From the NCBI GenBank assembly GCA_012295275.1, contig CM022672.1, forward strand, positions 7,688,001 to 7,752,000: a DNA stretch of 64,000 bases, written 5' to 3'. Origin of the DNA: Chrysomallon squamiferum. Lineage: Eukaryota; Animalia; Mollusca. Made by a program: the position numbers and the translations under genes. Positions 59,249 through 64,000 of this stretch are shown one piece after another. Position 1 is the first letter of the stretch. Each line of letters begins with the position of its first letter. The notes under the pieces are model-generated. The model did not search any database. It saw only the letters and a program-made list of their open reading frames with translations, and was not told the DNA's origin.

Positions 59249-61260
59249 TCAAAATGTGTAGTTACCATCTGTAGAAGTGTTACCCTCTCTTTCAGGAATC
59301 ATTCCAGTATCTTCTGCAGGCTCAGTATTGCTGTCCTCATTTCTTTCTGCAGGTGATTCAGAAGGTCCTGCTAGATTTTTTGATACTGGGTTAACCTCAC
59401 TGTGTGTGGCAAAAGGTGTGGCTCTGATGCCATTGTGAATCTCTTGGTGACACATTGGGCAGCTTTCTTTGACATACAACCACTTTCTGAGACATAGGCT
59501 GTGAAAGAAATGTCCACAAGGAGTGACACGAGCACTTTTCATTTCATTATAACAAATAGCACAGACATCGTTCAGAGATGACAGCTGTTCAGCCGAGGCT
59601 GATGGCAGTGACTCAACTTTCTGCACAGCTTCACGTCTCAAGAGAAAACTCTTCCAGCCACTCTGCAGTCTCTGCCAGACATTGAAGTAGCAGTGGATTA
59701 CCAAAATGGAAGAATTGATCCAACTCCATTCTCCGTAAAACGACTCTTTCAATCCATAACAAACAACAAACACAGCAACAACAAATTCCATAACTCTTGT
59801 TATTGCCCTGGCTACATAAATAATGTCATCCAGATTTTCCCAGGGTTCCAAGCGCATGGAATCATACATAAACAAAGTGTAGACAACTAATGAGCCAATG
59901 ACCTGCACTGAGGTCAGCATGCAGCTGGAAACAATGACAAGAAGCCAGAAGTCAAGGTCAAAATACTGGCAAATGGTGTAAGTCATGTACAAAGGTAAAA
60001 TCCACAACAGCATGCAGAGGATTACAGCTCGGCTGTGCTTGAAGAGACTCCGGTTGTGAGATGCACTTAGAGCTAACAGTACAGGCTCAGTGACTTCATA
60101 CAGTGACTGAATCAGAGCAGACACAACAATGAAGAACAAAATGCTCATGAGAAATGCTCGCTGCAAAGGTCGAAGTTCAAGTAAATCTGTTTGCAGTGCT
60201 ATCAGTAGCATTGTAAAGCCTTCTGTCCAGCCCCTCACAACATCAGTGTCCTGAGACCAGGCTTCAAAGCCCTGCAGATAGAGCCTGGTTAATGTGAGAA
60301 TACTGTACGATGCATATGTAATTGTCACACAGAGGGCAAACAAGCTAATTGGTGTGGCACAGCATTCCCCAACACTGGCCAGGACAATGATTGTCCAGCT
60401 CTCCTGTAGAATGGGATGAGTCATTGATGTCAAGTAGTAGAAGAATTGGGCACCAAGCAGGATCACCCAAAAAAGGACAAGTTGTGCTGGCAGACACACT
60501 GAGTGCCAGAAGGACAAAAGGACAGGAATCACACCAAATGTTCTTAGGGAGACAATACCAGTGTTAATCACATCTTTCATGTTATCAATCATTATTCCTA
60601 AATTGTTCAGAACATACAGCAAAAGGATCAAAGTTGTGAACACTGCTGCAAAATTGTGTAAGACTTGCAGAGTTTCCACTGGCAGCCCCATGGCTCTGGC
60701 AATGACAGGCAATGTGAAGACTAGGAGAAGAAATCTTGTCCAGTTGACCATTTCAACAAGGTAAGCAACAACAGCTGCAATGAATCCTTGAGCTATCAGA
60801 TGCAAGAAAATTCTCTCCACCTGAGTCCTGTCTTCCAGAAGAGAGGTCCATGACACATCATGCTGTTCACTGATTTCACCTTCTATGAATGATCGTGACA
60901 GATAATATGAGCCTACAAGCAGCAGACAACTGACGAGATACATGTAGAAAGTTACTAACTTTTTAATTGGCAAACCAGCTATGGCTACAGCAAGCAGCAA
61001 AGCTGAAAAAAAAAAAATTATATACTTTTGCTAATACTTCTTCAAAAAAAGAAGTAAAAAAGAAAAGAAAGGAAATCACTACAGTTTAATTATAGCATAT
61101 GTAATTAATCATTTTTAAAAAAAATATTTATTTAATAATATTAAACTGTGAATACCTTTGTTTTTAAAAGTTTCAGTTAGAATAACAGTGAAGCTTCTAA
61201 AACATTAGCTCAGGTAAATTACATCTATCTACATTAATTTAAGCAAATAATTTTAACTGA

Positions 61261-61295
<35 letters not shown>

Positions 61296-61734
61296 AATAA
61301 AATAAAATAAAATAAAATTAACAGTAATAAATAATTTTCTTTTAATATAAATTCAATAAACAAAGTATGTTTAAAAAAATAAAGATAATTTATATTACAT
61401 GTCTTCCATCTGACACACAAAAAAAACAGGTCACTTTATTCAAACTATCCAGCAAATATATACATTAGGTCATTCTTAAACCTTGAATTTTTAGTTTTGC
61501 AATGAATAATTAAATAATTTTATTTAAAAGAAAACAAGTATATTTACCCATGTAGTATACAACAGTGACAATAATTTCAACATCTCTAGTATGAACTTGT
61601 ATAGCCTTCAGTGGGTTTGTTCTATACCAAGCCTCCAACAGAAACACTGAAGGAACTCGCAAAACCACACCAACACCTGTCACTAGTGACTCTCTAGAAA
61701 TCTTCAACAAATGAACCATGTTTACCTGCAGCAT
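59249..61734 (-). CDS. RNF145: RNF145 sterol-regulated multi-TM RING-H2 E3 ligase (two coding exons)
   Basis: Exon 1 61548-61734 (VVLRVPSVFLLE, donor G|GTAAAT) and exon 2 59249-61002, phase 1. Motifs ASVGECCATP, GWTEGFTMLLIALQT...RAFLMSILFFIVVS and HCYFNVWQRLQSGWKSFLLRREAV, plus RING-H2 with LRKWLYV, are RNF145-type. The start may be 61734 or 61719, and a possible upstream non-coding exon ends near 62177. Confidence 0.9.
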
Positions 61735-62241
61735 TATGACAATGAATTAATAGTCAACAACACATTACTGGAAATAGTAATGATTTATGATTACATTTTA
61801 TTTTCTTCTGTACTAATTCCAGATTTAACATTAACATATTTCATTATTTGTTATCGTCCCTATATCTCAGCTGATTTTTAATGGTTTCCGAAATTAAAAA
61901 TTACTATGGATTAATGTGTTAGAGGCGGATGTTTCATCTGACTATTTTTAACTGAACTGTTACACTCTCAGTATCAGTATGAATTAGTGAAAGTGAGACA
62001 GACCATGGTAAAATAAAAATTACTAAGTTACTTAAAATGTCAAGAATAAAATATTTTCTTGCAATTACAAATTTGTCATCACAATGAACAACATCCAAAA
62101 ATTTCTCTAAACCTTAAAAAATTAAAAGATTCCTTATTAATAACGTTGAATATCTGGAATATTATTAATATTTCACCTTTTTTTCATCTGATTTATCTTT
62201 TCTCGAAGTGACTGCCACATAGAGTTATCGTCCTTTGATTT

Positions 62242-62274
<33 letters not shown>

Positions 62275-62470
62275 GAGAGGAGACGAGATCATTACAAGTT
62301 TAGGGCCAGACATTGTTTCCAGAAGAATTCCTTTAGATAATGAATAGCTGAGATTTTGTTTTAGTGAACTAGGACATGGATCGAGTGAAAATAACAAAGA
62401 GTGAATTAAATAGGTTTATTCTGCAGAACACGTTTTTTCAAACTATTTTCGCAAAAATTGATATATATTT

Positions 62471-62511
<41 letters not shown>

Positions 62512-63378
62512 AACCCAAATAACAATATTAATAACTCATTTAAATGAGAAACAAAACGTTATAATAAATTATTCTTTATAAATGAACATATAATTCTGAT
62601 GCTAATATTAAAGTCTTATTTTATGTTTATTTCTTTATTTAACAGTTTATTTTATTTTTTTATTTTGTTTAACTTGAATAGACAACACACACACACACAC
62701 ACACACAGACACACACACAGAGATAGACTGTCAGACAGACACACACACACACACACACATACAAACAAAACATTTATAATTACTTGGAGTTTATTTAATA
62801 CATGATCATGCAAACAATTACTTATATATGTACATCGCAAAATAGCTAAACCACTGTAGCTACTGACGATAATTATGTCAATAATAAATGTTTAACGTGG
62901 CATTTTTTCTGCTTATTTTGTTTGATTTTATTCATTTATTTATTTTATATTTTTGTTTTTGTTTGGATAGTATATGCACAAAATGATTGCAAACATACTA
63001 TTTGGGCTTATTCTCTATTTTTATATTTTTACTATCACCTTTCTTTATTTATTTTGGATAAAAATAAGAAAATATCGAGTGATGTCCCACTAGCTGTACT
63101 GTTCTGCAATGTAACGATCATTACATTAACGGATACTTCCGAGTGTTATCGTTTCTCTTCGCCACAGGAACAATCATAATTAAAATTTGACAAGGGCACA
63201 TTCGTGCAGACTGTAGGCGCTGGTAACTCAAAATTGATACTGGATACGGATTTCGATTTATTGCTACGACATTTTAAAATTCTTTTTGAAAGTTTTCCCT
63301 ACTAAAACATAAAAATTATTACTTAAATATACTTTTCCAATCCTTTCCATTAATCAAGAATGCGTCAGTCTAATAATG

Positions 63379-63442
<64 letters not shown>

Positions 63443-64000
63443 CAAGGAGACACCTGGTGAGTGATGATACCCCCACCTCCGTGTGGCTAATACGGGAACT
63501 CATACTTGAAAAATGTGTTCCTGGGGGACTGTTCACCATAGGAACAGAAAATATAAAATATATTAAATTTAAATCACTGAATAATTCACACTACACTGAA
63601 ATTATTCCTGCCTTTTGTGAATATATATATTATTAATTATGAAAAACTAATTAGAGATATAAAGAGACACAGGAAAACATTTCCGTTATGATGCAAATAC
63701 TCTTACTAATATATGTTAAATTCCCTTAATATATAATAATCAGCATTTATGTGGGTGAATATATATATATGAGTGTAAGTGTTTTGTGTTTAAAGTATTT
63801 CATTACTATTTACTGTTAATGTTTACATACATATCGGCATCTCAGAGATCTTTTTTTTTAGTGGATATTTCAGGTGAAAACAAAAAATGCGTCTGGCTTC
63901 TTTCAGCTCGTTGAATATGAGTTTCTTTATACACATGCGCAAATGTGTATTTTTTTTTATTTTATCAATGTCATTTTTTTTTTCCATGAGAAGTAATGTT

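Overview
AT-rich, intron-containing animal genomic DNA, probably a mollusc/gastropod (my inference from gene content, short AT-rich introns and SINE-like relics; not proven). It is gene-dense, with eight protein-coding genes I could assemble exon by exon from GT-AG signals and reading-frame phase. In order: TOPAZ1-like (+, ~1.6-15.9 kb), BIN3 BAR-domain gene (-, 18.4-23.4 kb), intronless ADO cysteamine dioxygenase (+, head-to-head with BIN3), a full Ki-67/MKI67-like gene (-, 26.8-36.0 kb), an uncharacterised AT-hook disordered protein (+, head-to-head with Ki-67), an AT-hook plus 8xC2H2 zinc-finger gene (+), and a tandem pair of sterol-sensing ERAD E3 ligases RNF139/TRC8 and RNF145 (both -). 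The most notable points are: an apparently invertebrate Ki-67 carrying FHA, PP1-docking, conserved-domain and FKTP-type motifs; its bidirectional E2F/CCAAT/CHR-like promoter shared with an unknown chromatin-type protein; the adjacent RNF139/RNF145 paralogues; a PPR+SMR-like C-terminus in TOPAZ1; and pairs of compensating frameshifts in the giant exons of Ki-67 and TOPAZ1 (most likely assembly indels). No prokaryotic features, CRISPR arrays, rRNA or intact tRNA genes were seen. All homology calls come from remembered motifs and were not checked by database search.
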